Below are positions 50,411-63,938 of a DNA stretch of 64,000 nucleotides, one piece after another. Origin of the DNA: Octopus sinensis. Taxonomy: Eukaryota. The DNA lies in assembly GCF_006345805.1 (NCBI RefSeq), contig NC_043001.1, positions 44,020,001-44,084,000 of the forward strand, written 5' to 3'. Each line of letters starts with the position of its first letter. Position 1 is the stretch's first letter. Under the pieces are notes generated by a model. That model was not told the origin of the DNA. It did no database searches and worked only from the letters and a program-made list of their open reading frames with translations. Both the position numbers and the translations under genes were made by a program.

Positions 50411-52283
50411 GTGAGGGCTGAGATCAGAATAGTTGGTTTCATAAAGGAAGTGATGAAAGATAATGACAAATGAAAAGACTGTGTTGAAAAAAATCATATC
50501 CAGCCCAAGCCTAGTATAGAAAAATAGGCATAAAAATGATGATGAAGGAGAAGAAGAAAAAGGAAAATGTACAATGTGGAAGAAAAACAATATATTAATG
50601 TGTAAGAACTATTTTCCCTATTAATTACAATGGAAATAAATGAATGTAGAAGTGGAATATATTGTATTTACACTATGAGAAAATTCCAGTTAAGACAGCA
50701 AGGAAAAACAAATCATATTCAGCACATAATACACATAACTAAATGAATAAGCAGAAATCATTAGAATGTGTAAATTATGCATTAATCAATATCTAAAAGT
50801 TGGCAGAATATTTATTAGTTTATATTGTAACAAATGGGATTTTCAATAACAACTAATCTTAGTTTCTTATCATTTGATACATCTAACAGAACCAATATAA
50901 ATATTGATTAAACTCAGTGACATTTCAATTTTCATTAATATTAAAAGAAGCCTTTTAACAATTAGGTGTTAATTATTTAATTGATATTGTCTCTAAATGA
51001 TAGTTCTTCTAAATCCACCACAAGTAGGTATGTTATACTTTGCTGTTTGACATTGGAAATCTTAATCATCATCATTACTTAATAGTTCTTTTCCATGCTA
51101 GCATGGGTTAATTTATTTGAATAGTTTTCATGAAGTATTCTATCTAATGCACATGCAAGAGGGCATTTACTGGAAATCATAAAATAAGCCCCCGCTTTTG
51201 TATTATATTTTTACTGTTATTTTATTTCCTTACCAGTATTATAAAAATACAAATGCCATTTGAACATTTTTGAAATTGCTTTTCAACACTTAAGCTTGCA
51301 TATCATTCAAAACACAAATTCAAATTAAACAAACCAACTGTTTGTTTTAATCCAATGACCAACTACAATTACAACGAAAAGAGTAGAAAAATTAACCTCA
51401 AATAAAATGGCATTTTTCTGAAAGCTTTAAAATGAAATTATGCTTCACTACCTGTTCTATTCCTTAAGTATTTAAGCCAACTTTAATTTTTGTAATGTCC
51501 ACAATAGAATATAAATAGCTTTATATTTCAATCTTTAGTTGAACTGTAATGCCTTCAAATTGTTTTATATTAAATGCAGCAATACAAGTTTCTTGAATGA
51601 AGGTCAAGTAAATCTACTTTTATCGTTAACTGTTTGAGTTAACACTTCAGACCAACATTTAGAGAAGTTAAATATATAAAAATGCCAGATCTTAATTATA
51701 TATATATATATATTATCATCATCATCATCGTCCTTCCATGAAGGCATAGGGTGAATGGTTTGACAGGATCTGGCAAGCTACAGGCCTGCACTAAGCCACA
51801 CACTTATTTTGGCATGGTTTTTATGGCTGGATGTTCTTCTTAACACCAATCACTTTATATATATATATAGATCGTTATCACTTAACATCCATTTTCCATG
51901 CTTGCATGGGTTAGACAGAATTTGTTGAAGATTTTCTACACCCAGACAATTTTCCTATCCTCTACCCTCACCTGTTTCCAGGTAAGGTAATATTTCTCTA
52001 TGGCCTGACATGTTTTCATGGACGTATTGATCAATTGTGCAAGGTTTTAAACACATGTTATTTCAAGTTTAGAAAATATCTTCTGAATCAGTGGAAATAA
52101 AAACTTTCAGCTTCTGTTGCCAGATAGTATGGAGAAATATGGCAATGATAACAAATTCATGTTATTTGAAATTAATTTCTTATTTCATTTTACATCTGTT
52201 TTTCCACACAAGGATGGATTCGATGAATATATTATTGAGGCATTGTTTTATTGCAAGATGTCCTTTTTGTTATTAACCCTTAC

Positions 52284-52320
52284 TTGTTTTTTCATGTAAA
52301 GGATTTCTAATTTTCCACAT
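52284..52320 (-). CDS. Candidate exon of the same unidentified gene
   Basis: Acceptor ttttatgccttcaaag, donor gtaagg; 37 nt, phase 0-1, MWKIRNPLHEKT; an alternative acceptor at 52386 also keeps the frame open. Confidence 0.4.
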
Positions 52321-55300
52321 CTTTGAAGGCATAAAACCAGCAGATGATTTGTTGACAGGGGAAATGATAACATAACCACTCATAGCTTGCAATTTTCAGG
52401 GAAGTGCAAATATAAAGAATCACAGTCACACATACATGCATACAGACACAAACACACATACATATGAAGGTCTTTTTTCTGTTTCTGTCTCACAAGGCCA
52501 TATTTAACCTGGGATCTATGGTATAAGGCCCAAGGTACTGCTGGTGGGACTAAACCTAAAACCACAATTAGGAAGCAAACTTTTTAACCAAATACAAATT
52601 ATCGCCAAACCTTAACCCTACCTTTGATTAGGGAGTCCACTTTACAGGAGAGCATGTTTATTTTATTACTAAAGATTTCATTGTATTATATTGGTCCCAA
52701 TATATTTAATCCTCTGAAGGAGTTTTATTATCCCAGTGTTTGGAGTACTGGCCACATTACTTTCCAATGACATAGGTTTGCAGGAGGTGACCCATGTACT
52801 GTGATTTAAAGACCTTCCTCTGTGGCACATGAAACATGAGACAGGCAAGATCTGGAGATGAAACTGCAATGGATTACCAAAGAATCAAAGTTATGGTTGA
52901 ATTGTGCTTTCATAGCCAATCCACTTGGCATTTCCCTCATCTACCAGTGTAAACCTTTGAGAACATTCAGTCCTTTTAGTTGACCAATTTATCTTTTCAA
53001 CTTGCTGTTATCCCACTGACCATTTATGGTCATCTGTCAGTCATTGCAATAACAAAAATGGAAACTAAAGAGTGGTGTTGGTTTATTGTAAAGCTATTTG
53101 TTACTCTATGGTGCTCAATGGAGATAACAATAAGGATTTTAATGATGTTAATGAGAGAAGTAGGTGTCCTGGGGACAGTAACAACTAAAATAATTAAAAG
53201 AAAAATTCAACACAGATTATAAAAATTGGAACTGAGATACACAAAGAACTTCTTTCAGAAGACAGCACTATTAAGAACAATTTGGATTCTGAGGAATGTT
53301 CTTGAAATGTAGTAGAAGAAAGAAAATCTGAGGGACAGTTAATCATCTGTTATGTCTCTCTCTCATAAACAATTGGTATAAGATCACTCTGTTGAAATGT
53401 AAATAATTTTAATGAAGAGAAGGATTTCTAAAACCAGTATATGGAATGTGGGTGTAGTTTATAAAATTGATACCAGTACTAGACTAATGCATGTTTTACT
53501 AACCTTTGATGTTATGGAAAGGCAAAACTGAACTCCAACAGGATTTTGAAAGGTTAAAAAAAGAATTAAGTAGCTAAATATCTATACACAACAATTCTGC
53601 TGATCTGCTGCCCTTGTAATATTTTCAACAAGGGCAGTGGATGAAGGATACATTATATGGAAAAACTGTAAAAATGGTTGGTGAATTTAAACAGAATAAA
53701 TTACAGAAACATACGAACAAAAATGAACAGTTTAGAAAACGTATGAAATAAGATATACCAATAGGGGAACAACCAGATAAGGGCCAATTATCAATGAACC
53801 CCATAGATCCGAGATAATTCTGACTACTGAGGCATGGAATTTTTAGCAGCTGTGTTCTCCAGCATGCTCATCCACTTAACATATTCACAGGAAAGCAGCA
53901 CTTTCATTTCTGAGTAGTTGATAAGAATATAAATGAAGGATGTAAGCATCTGTCATCAGTGTCTTTTCAGTCATGCCCACTATAAAACATCTTTTGCCAT
54001 GGCTATCAAACAAAAGACTGACTTCCTCTCCTGTTCAAAGAAAAGTGGAAAAGCAGCTTTTGTGATGGACTTGACTGCTAGCCAGATCTTTCATAGGCAT
54101 AAAATAATGATGATGATGATAGCATTAGGTTCAATCCAGTGGAAAAAAAAGTAAAAGAAAAGACAAAAACTAGCTATTGTACTACTTAGAATTATTGGAC
54201 ATTAAGACAGATGTAAGTGCTTCCAAAAATCAGGCTTAGAACAGCTCAGATTATGAAGATATGTTCTGTCTAAAGCCTTTTGATAAGGCTTAACAGTTAG
54301 TTTGAAGAAAATTCAGTAAATTAGATCCATACTGTGTAAAGGAGAAATAGTAATTCTTTCAAATTTTGGCACCAAGTCAGCAGTTTCTGAGAGGAGGACA
54401 CAAGTCAGTTACATTGATGCCAGTACTTGACTGGTACACTTAAAAGAATGAAAGGCAAAGTTGACCTTGGCAGAATTTGAACATAGAATGTAAAGAATTA
54501 GAAGAAATTATGCTAAGCTTTTTGTATGGTGTACTAATGATTCTGCCAACTCACCTTAGTAACAAAATTTTCCATTTCTTGGAGTGTAAAGTGAGACATT
54601 GTTATTTTATAGATGCAACACAGAATTTTGAATATCTAAAACCCAATCAAGTCTTATGCCATAGAATAAAAAAAAAAGACAAAAAATACTAACTTTCCAT
54701 TCATGGATTCAGTTGCTTATCAAGAACATGGCACTCCATCCAATCCTTTGTTGAATAGTATTTTCCATAAGCCCTTATTATTATTAAAACTCTAGAGGAA
54801 GAAGTGCGAAGAAAATATGAAGTTTTTGGAAGGAAAGGTAAGAGAGAGGAGGGAGAGAGAGTAGGATTGTTCCATCTAAACTTGTAATCAAGATTATATA
54901 AATCTAAATACATAGATTTTTTGGCTCTTTTTAACAGTTCACATTTGATTTTCAGTTATCATGTATAAGGATAATTTATCTAGTTAGGAATTCTAGTACA
55001 AAATACTGAATTATATGATACAGCTGGATAACCTTCCAACTGAGAGTGAAACTTAACTTCTTACAGCTTATTTTGAGCATGCTGTGAATCTGACCAATAT
55101 CTTAACCAAGTAGTCATATAAAAGACACCAGAAAGAAAATATTTTGCAGAATTGTTAAATATAACTCTTAAAATATGAAGAAGCAAATTTTTTCATAAAA
55201 GTAAAAGAAAATTGTAAAAAGAAGTTAGATATATACTTGAAAATATATTTGTAATCCAAAATAAAAGTTAAATGTAACTTAAATGAATTACATATCACTT

Positions 55301-55784
55301 TCACTGACAACAAATGTTGAATGACCATGTGCTGGGAATGTAAAGGACAGACAGAAGCCAAAGAGATCTAAAGCATTTTAAAAATTAAGTCTCACTTTCT
55401 AAATTATAGCTATGTTTGATGTGAACCCCACTCTCATTCCATTAAATTATCAGGCCAAATATTCACTAAAAGGTTAACAAAAACAAAGATGAATTTTTCT
55501 TACATATCAACACCAGCATGGTCAGGTTAAGAAGTTTGCTTCATAATCACATTGTTTTGAGTTCAATTCTTCTGTATGGAACTTTTGACAAGTATTTTTG
55601 TCATTGACTTAAGTCAACCCAAGCCTAGAGAGTGAAACTGGGTAGGTGGAAACTGTGTGGAAGTCCTATCAAATGAACTGTTCCTGTTTTTAGGTGGTAG
55701 GTTTAATATGTCATTTGGTTTAATGCTGCCACTTACTCCTTGTCTACCTTTACAGGAATTCACTCTTTCTCAAACATTTTGCAA

Positions 55785-56030
55785 TATCAGAACAGACATG
55801 AGGCAGTGAGCTGGCAGAATTATTATCACACCAGACAAAATACTTAGTAGCATTACATCCATCTCTATGTTCTGCGTTCAAATTCTGACAAGGCCGACAC
55901 TGCCTTTTATCCTTTTGAGGTTTGATAAAATAAGTACTAGTTGAACACTGGGGTTGATATAATTGACTAATCCCCTCCCCTGAAATTGCTGGTCTTCTGC
56001 CAAAATTTGAAATCAGTATCAGAACAGACA
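55785..56030 (+). mobile_element. SINE family B copy with a 14-bp target-site duplication
   Basis: tatcagaacagaca at 55785-55798 and 56017-56030 flanks a full-length copy. Confidence 0.8.
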
Positions 56031-56544
56031 CACAAGCAATCAGTTGAGCAATTGTAAAAAAATAGTGGCACCCAATTTTTTTAGTATTTGGATATGTTGA
56101 ATGTGTAAAATGGTAGTACTTTGCATATAATATAAAAAGAGAGAGAATAGTAAGCTGAGAAAATACTACAACTATTGATCATAAAGGAAGGCTAAGGACA
56201 CAGATACAAGAGATGTGCGAGTTCTTAATAAAAGTATTAATCCTTAAATGGAATTTTTAGAGATAGAATCAGTGTAAATAATTCATGCATTCAAATAGAA
56301 CGATGTTAAAATCAATAATTGTATTATAACATAAAGTTAATGCTTAATGCTTCTTTCACTAAGCAATCACCATAATGTAAATGGAGTAATTAAAGTGATC
56401 CAAGATACAAACAATGTTTAATATTTTCCTAAAATACTTTGTAGTTCATACAGATGAAAAAGGATAGTGTTTCATTGATCATCTTCCTCTTCATTATTGT
56501 CAGTTTTATATAAGCAATATAACATTAAATATAAATAAAAAAGG

Positions 56545-56740
56545 GAGCCTCTACACTGCCCTCCAACTAGCTAGAAATAGTAGCCAAATATCCCTCAAAT
56601 TACACCCTAGCATCTTAAGGATAGCATATATTAGACAATATAGTCCTACGTATGCTTAAAAAATGGAATGGTTATAGATAAAATATCTTTTGTCATAGAA
56701 ATGTTCAATCAGGTTTCTTATAGGATTAAACAACAAAAGC
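56545..56740 (+). repeat. Unclassified dispersed repeat
   Basis: gagcctctaca...ctagaaatagtagccaaat...cctcaaat...ggacaatgtagtcc recurs at about 30690-30850, 59525-59700 and 61615-61750. Confidence 0.55.
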
Positions 56741-57060
56741 TATTTCTAATGAATTAATGCACTAGTTTAGTCAGAGGTAGTTAATAACTGTTCAATCATT
56801 AATTTTAACACTACTTCCTTGATTGTCACTGTTTTAAAACTATAATAATCATCAATTTACCATTACTAACATACATCAATATTTCCAAATTGTTTAAGGC
56901 AGCAAGCTGGCAGAATCATTAGCACACTGTCTTCACATTCTGAGGTTTACCTTTCATCCTTTCAGGGTTGGATAAAATAAGTACCAGTTGAGTATTGGAG
57001 TTGATGCAATCAATTTCTGACCTTGTGCCAAGATTTGAAATCAATATTTCCGAATTGTTA

Positions 57061-57321
57061 ATATATGTGATATCACAGTATATATAATAGTGTGTTACAC
57101 TATTTGACAAAAGCAAATCTTAAATTTCAATTGCTTAATCTATAAGGAGAAACAATTTAGTAGAAGGAGCATGATGTAATTGAAAAATGTTTCATCAGTT
57201 TTCAATTACATTATGCTCCTACTAAATTGTTTCTCCTTATAGATTAAGCAATTGAAATTTAAGATTTGCTTTTGTCAAATAGTGTAACACACTATTATAT
57301 ATACTGTGATATCACATATAT
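57061..57321. repeat. Near-perfect 261-bp palindrome (arms about 125 bp, 12-nt loop)
   Basis: Arms 57061-57186 and 57199-57321 are reverse complements except for one 3-nt indel and one mismatch. Confidence 0.95.
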
Positions 57322-57660
57322 GCATAGAAAAATAAAAAGCAACAGAACCCACTCCAGTGTATTCATTCTTAAATCACTACAAAAAGATATTTTAGTGATG
57401 TTCCAATAACCCAATGGGTTGTTAGGTAGTTTTTCAAAAATGGGAACTTCATTTAATGCCTTATTTTTTTTTTTAATGTGAACACCTACGTTGGCCAGAA
57501 TTCTAATAGTATGGATAAGGTTTTGGATGATATCTGTTTTGTTGAACTCTTCCTGTTTTAGTCAATTAACCACTCCTATATTATTTCTCTTTTAACCCAT
57601 ACAAATTAAATATTGCGCTTTCATCACCCATTTTCATAGTGTTTCAGCAACTCAATGTGT

Positions 57661-59036
57661 TACAAGATATGCTGGATAGCTTTACCTGGCTGACATACAA
57701 TTGCTTTTAGTAAATGAAGGAGTGGTGCTAGAACTGTGAAATTTTGCATGCATTAATTTCAACTTTTCTTATAAATAACTGCATAGTTTCTTTCCAGGTA
57801 AACTGACATCTGACTGTTTAAAGAAGACTTGAAAAGTAACTAGTGTCCACTTCTCATGAAAATGAACACAATTTGGCATTGTGGTGTTATTAAGTACCTG
57901 CAGAATAACGGTTTAACTCCATACAACATCAATGCTAATATGGTTGCTACATTAGGGGATAACACTCCAGCTTTATCAACAGTGCAAAAGTGTATAACTG
58001 AATTTAGGAGGGGGAAGGGAGAGTTTTGAAGATGATCGAAGATCTGGATGTCCTGCAAACGTCACCACCAAGGAAAACATTGAGCATGCTCACCACATGG
58101 TAATGGATGGATGACAGGCAATTGACTATAAATCAAAAAGCCAATGCTACTCATGGGATATGAGAGTTGAGAATATCCAGCACAATGAACTCAGCATGAA
58201 AAAAGTTTCTGTTCAGTGGGTGCTACATCTTCAGGCACCTGATCAAAAGTACACCAGGTTGATTGCATCATGAGAAAATCTGACTTGTTTGAGGCAGATC
58301 CAGTTGGTTCCTTGAAAGTTTCCTAAAGGATGAGTGTTGGCTTCATCATTTTGAGCCAGAGACAAAATGATAATCCATGCAGTGGAAACACCCCTCCTCA
58401 CCTACTCCTAAAAGGCCAAGGTTGTTTCATCTGCAGAGAAGGTGATGGCCTCAGTTTTTTTCAGATGCAAAAAGTATTGTGTTTATTGACTATCTTCAAA
58501 AGGGTCACACCATCAATGGAGGGTACCATGTTAACTTGCTGAGGCAGTTAAGAAAGGCTATCAAGACCAAATGCCTTGGAAAACTGATGAAAGGGGTTTT
58601 GTTTCGGTAGGACAATGCTCCAGTACACAAGTCCTTGCTTTCAATAGCTGCTCTGCATGATTTTGGTTTTGAACTCGTTGATCACCCTCCCTATTCTCTC
58701 TCCATTTGGCCCCATCTAACTATCATCTGTTCCCCAACATGGAAAAACACTTTTCTGAAAACCAGTATTGCAGTGATGATGACATCATATCTGCTGTTTT
58801 CTCTTTTTGCTTGTTTTACTCATTAGACTGCGGCCATGCTGGGGCGCCACCATGATGACATTTTTTGACCAACAGGATGAAAGCTTTTTCACCAATGGGA
58901 TCCAAGTACTGCAACACTGATGGAAGAAGTTAGTGGACTGCAGTGGGGGTGGACTATGTTGAAAAATAAACCTCATTTGGTCACATTCTCTGAGAGTATC
59001 TTAGTCAATCTATGAACTTTTCAGCCAACCCTTGTA
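57661..59036 (+). mobile_element. Full-length decayed mariner element containing a roughly 50-bp SINE 3' fragment at about 58800-58852
   Basis: Right TIR tatgaacttttcagccaacccttgta, degenerate left TIR tacaagatatgctggatagcttta; frameshifted motifs DECWLHHFEPETK, SAEKVMASVF, DNAPVH, DHPPYS, SNYHLFP. Confidence 0.8.
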
Positions 59037-59088
59037 CATCATGTGATACAGTTTATTACTGATCAATAGACAAGCACTACTAATTTAC

Positions 59089-59148
59089 CATTATTTCAAG
59101 GAAGTGTGCTGGTGAAAATCGAAAGAAAGCATCAAGGCCAACATTGAA
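59089..59148 (-). CDS. Candidate exon of the same unidentified gene
   Basis: Acceptor ttttggatgctttcag, donor gtaaat; 60 nt, phase 0-0, FNVGLDAFFRFSPAHFLEIM. Confidence 0.4.
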
Positions 59149-61999
59149 CTGAAAGCATCCAAAATATTTTTAACATGGAAGACATAAATAGCTCTAATTT
59201 AATATATTTTGGAAGCATAACTAAAAATCAATTGGATTTCCCTTCAGAGCAAACTGTACTTTAGCCTATACTTTATAGTACATCAGTCATTACAATATCA
59301 GATGCTTGCTACACACATTTATCATCACTGCTTCCACTGCTAAATTTAACTTTGAATTGTGTCTTCTCTTCCCATGCTTGGTCTGTAAGAGAAACAAGTG
59401 TAATACTCAATACACTCAACTCTGTCAAATATTTCCAACTCTTAACCTTTACTAAAAACACTTTCCTTACAATAACCTATACTAAGCACTTTTCCTTAAC
59501 AAGCCAATGAGACAGCCTGTACTGATAAAGGAGCCTCTACATAGTTACTTGACTTGCTCAAAATAGCAGCCAAGTCTCTCAAATCAAACTGTCATCTATA
59601 AAAAAAAAATACTGGACAATGTAGTCCAAGATAAATTATGTCTGAAGAGATGGCATGGCTAGAATGCTATTGATAATAAGTCTTCTTGTCCAGAAGTTAC
59701 ATGACTTTTCCCAGCAGAACCCTCTTACCACATAACTTTCTATCAAGGTTAACAACACTGATTACATTAATGTCTACAGTTCATAAGTATAAAGATGCCA
59801 TGGGTTATATTGTTGAATAGAAAAGAGATGTTATTCATATAAATTTACTTTATCTGGCAATGTATTGTGCATATAATAGATGTTCACATTCTTAACAGTT
59901 TTCATGAGAAAAATTAAAAATTAAAAGTTGAGAACCAAAAATAATCTTCAGAAGAACCTTTTGTGTATTTTTAAGGGAAAGGAATCTCAAGGCTTCCTTT
60001 GTGAATTAAGAGGTTTTGATTTTACAATGTTATTGCTGGTACCACGAAAAATAATAGAATTGTAGAAATATCATTGATACTTGACATATAATAGAATGGC
60101 TTCATTGTTGTGTGTGAAATACACAAGCACACTTACAAAGTAAATGGCCCAATGAATATAGTACAGGACTGGCATTTCAGTTTGCCTTTTGGCAAAACAC
60201 TTGGTTCCACTTGTCTTAGCTTATTCAGATAGGTGTCTTACTTCAAAGAAACTTACATGATATAACAACCCATCCGAGCAGAAAAATTTATCTCACATTT
60301 GCATAACACAAGAGAAAGAGGCTATAAGCACTGATCATACAAATCTTCCTGATTTATGAAAAGAATTAACCTACAAAGAAAAAATGCTACTGTCAGCCTG
60401 TGTAATGAATCAATGACACTAAAAGTAATGAAGAAAGAAGTGTAAGCAAATAATTGGCATCACTTTAGTCTCAAACAGCTTCATATGCAATATACATCAG
60501 CAAAGCTTTTTTTTCTTTTTCTTTTTTGACAAAAACAGTTTACTATTAGGAATTAATATAGATTATCGTTGACAAAAAGAAAATAATGTGTAACATTAAT
60601 AAATAGAATCATAATATAATTACTCAAAATATGACCTATGCAAGTATTTTGAGAGAGTAGGAAAAGATGAATGGATAACATGAAACAAATATTACTCTAG
60701 CTTTAACATTCTTTTTAGAATAGGCCGAGGTATCGTGAGCTGAACAATTTATTTTAATTATAAATGTGTAATTTTGTCAGGTTATATAACTGAAAAACAT
60801 AGTATTGTTTCTTATTTAGCCGTATCGTGTAGCAAGTATAGCAAGAATGAGACTTTACAATGCATGTAAAGGAATAAGGAAATTTCTATGTGGTCATCGG
60901 ACCTGTTGGAAATAATAGTAAAATCCCCTCCTTTAAAAAATATCGACACCTTGGATAATGTAGTACTAAATATATAAAATGAGTGTCGCAGCTGGAACAC
61001 CTTTCATAACAAGTCTAACAACATAGCATTTGTAAATTTCCTAATCTTCCTTCATTTCTTTCCTATATGGTACAGAAAATGAATTTTTAAAACTAATTTC
61101 TGTGTTGCTTTTTATAGCTTGTTTAAGGTGTAATTATGAATATATTTCAAATGAGAAGTGTGAATCGTCTCAACTGATGGTAGACGAATCATTATAGACA
61201 CTAGTGACGAATAATAAATGTCTACCTCATAAAATAATAAGATTTAATTTAATCCTTTGTATTTTTGTCTACTTTGTGTGTATCTTTTCGGGTACTTTTT
61301 GTACCACAGGATAACGTACAGTAAAGATACATATATAAAAAGACCCCCGAAAGTAAAAGAAAATACACAGGAAAAAGTATTCTTCGTTTAATGATTAATG
61401 AAGTTCTGTATACTAAAATATCCATTCTAGTAAAAAGTAGGAAAAAAAAGTAGGGCCTCACCTCGACAAGATGGACTAGAATCAATGGTTCTTCCCATCC
61501 ATTCCCAGTAAACTGAATGTAAATACATCCCACCCCGGGTTGAAGATACAAACTTCATAAACAGTGATGAGTTTACGAAAAGACATAAATGTCACATTCT
61601 CCCACATTTTCCACCTACTGAGAGAGCCTTGAGTCAACCAGGGTGCCTCTATGCAAAAGCTCACCCTGCTAGAAACAGCAGCCAAATGACCTCAAACAAA
61701 ATACTAGCTTCTTAAAAAGGAAGAACACATTGGATAATGTAGTCCTCATGGGTTTGCCAGATAGGGGCAGCACTGGGGTGTAACAACGACAACACTTTGT
61801 TGGCTTTACTGTCTATGTAAAAATATTATTTTTGTTTACAACTAGAAGACGTTTTCACTAAACAGCGATTACTTCATTTCAAGATGGTGAAAAATGACAG
61901 TTAAAACATTATTTGTTGAGTGATTTCAACTCTTATAGAGGTACAGACTATTTATTCAATAGCAGAATCTAAACCTTAATACAAAATAGTTTGCAAAAG

Positions 62000-63930
62000 A
62001 ATATGCATCATTCTTACTTCCATCAATACACAAATAAACTGGTGAATTGTTTCGTTAGATTTGTTTACGAACTATCACACACGTGTATACACACACAAAC
62101 ACACGCTGAGTGAAGGGATTTTGTAATAAGAGATCTCCAGAACAAGGATCGAATGCAAAAATATTTCACAATTCTTGCTTGCTCGACTAAAGAATAACGC
62201 TATAGCTAGTCCCTACATTTTTGTAATCACCTCATTCGACCCTATTGCTTATAACATATTTGATGTTGAAAATATTGAATATAAACACGCTATTTTATCA
62301 TTCAACAAGATGATAATTGAGAGAGAGACCCTTCAATGAAAATATTACATTTAAAATTACCCCCACCCCACCTCGCCAAAATCATAAAATAAAATTGCAT
62401 ACTTTAGTACTTTCTCTTTTCCGTCCCGGGAAAATCAGGTTTTACTTACCCACAGTATTTCCACATCTTAATCAGCAATTTTAACCTTCTTTATTCATTA
62501 CTTTCAACAGTCACATGGCATAAAGAGGAATTGCACACTCAATCTTTTAATTCATAAACACTCATAATCATAATAAATGAAACCCCTCAGCAATTTCTCT
62601 TCAAAGGAAGTGTTGTCATTTCTTTTCTTTGAGAGGCAATATCGCAGCTCAAGTAGCTAAAATGGCTGCATTATTGCCGGGTTCGGATATCCTTATTAAT
62701 TCAATTAGGAATTTTTCCCTATCATTTATTTCAGTATTTAAAGCAGAAGAAACTAGTATTTATAAAGAATACGATAATCTGATGATATCAGATTAATGCA
62801 ACGGTTCAGAACGCTAAGATATGAATTTCTTTTAAGCTTAGAATTATGTCCACTAATAGGTGTTGGTTTTCGCACAGTGGTACGGCACAGGTTTCCAGAG
62901 TGACAGGTGGTGCATTTTTTTTTTTCACACTGCGGACGTCAGCAAGTTTATTACATCTAACAGAGTAAAAGATGCTAAACTTAACTAGATTAAATTTTGT
63001 AACCACGAACATAACAACAGTACGCTAACCCCTACAAGCGGTTTTTTTTTTTTAAATTATAAACATGCAAAAGGGTGTTCAAGTAAATATGAAACTATTC
63101 TGTTAACATATCATATTGAATTGTATGCATAAGAAAACATGAATATTAAAAAAAAAATTTTAAAAACATGTCTATGTTCAATATACTAACGCGTACATGT
63201 GTAAACATAAAACTCAGCACGATCCAAACAAAATAATGGAAAGAGGCGGGGCTAAGAGAAAACAAGGACGTAGAAATAATTGTCATAGAATCGAAATAAA
63301 CAAAGGAGCATTATGTGAAATATATCAGGCTGTAGTTCAAAATAATGCTTCGATGCTGGCAGAAAAAGAGAAAATAAGCAGACTACTACAGGCACACGAG
63401 CAAGTGTTATATATACAAATGTTTAATTGATTACTTACCTAGCCACATCGATGACAAAAAGTAAGAATATTAATGTTATTTCTCACTCTCGTGTAATCTC
63501 GTTCCTTACCACATGACTTATACAATAGTCGTCTGCTACTCAAGAAAGTCGTTTCGACATGAAAACCTACCTGTCTGCGACACCAATAATGTTGATGATA
63601 ATCACTTTATTTTTAAGTATAGAAAAATGATATTGATTTCCCGTTGAAACGAAGTCTTGCAAAGATTTAGATGCTCATTATTTTTCTTTTCTAACAAATA
63701 TACCATATGTTTATTGAAATAAACAAATGCCGCATTATCTGTTGAATAATTTGTTCACCTATGCTCCGTAGATAGTATTGTAAAAGTGTTGCTGTAAAGA
63801 ACCAGCCAGTGATAGCCGCTACAGCAACTACTCTAACACACAAGATGTTGGCGGCGTGGCGAGAGGTTCTTTCTCCAGGCAAGACGTCCTCATCCCAGTG
63901 TGACAGGGAATCGCAGCGTGTTCGGAGAAG
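62000..63930. promoter_or_regulatory. CpG-retaining putative promoter / first-exon region
   Basis: By eye, CG dinucleotides are frequent here but rare in flanking introns; strong minus-strand donors at 62449 (tgg|gtaagt), about 63438, about 63508 and about 63570; plus-strand aagATGttggcggcg at about 63845. Confidence 0.45.
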
Positions 63931-63938
63931 GTTTAAAC

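Noticed and set aside
51452-51680. Minus-strand donor gaacag|gtagtg
   Set aside because: All frames are closed within about 30 nt upstream and there is no suitable acceptor
52640-53340. Higher-complexity stretch with 45-80-codon open frames on both strands and a strong minus-strand acceptor near 53186
   Set aside because: I could not assign a consistent frame, motif or donor; may be an old element or further exons, but it is unsupported
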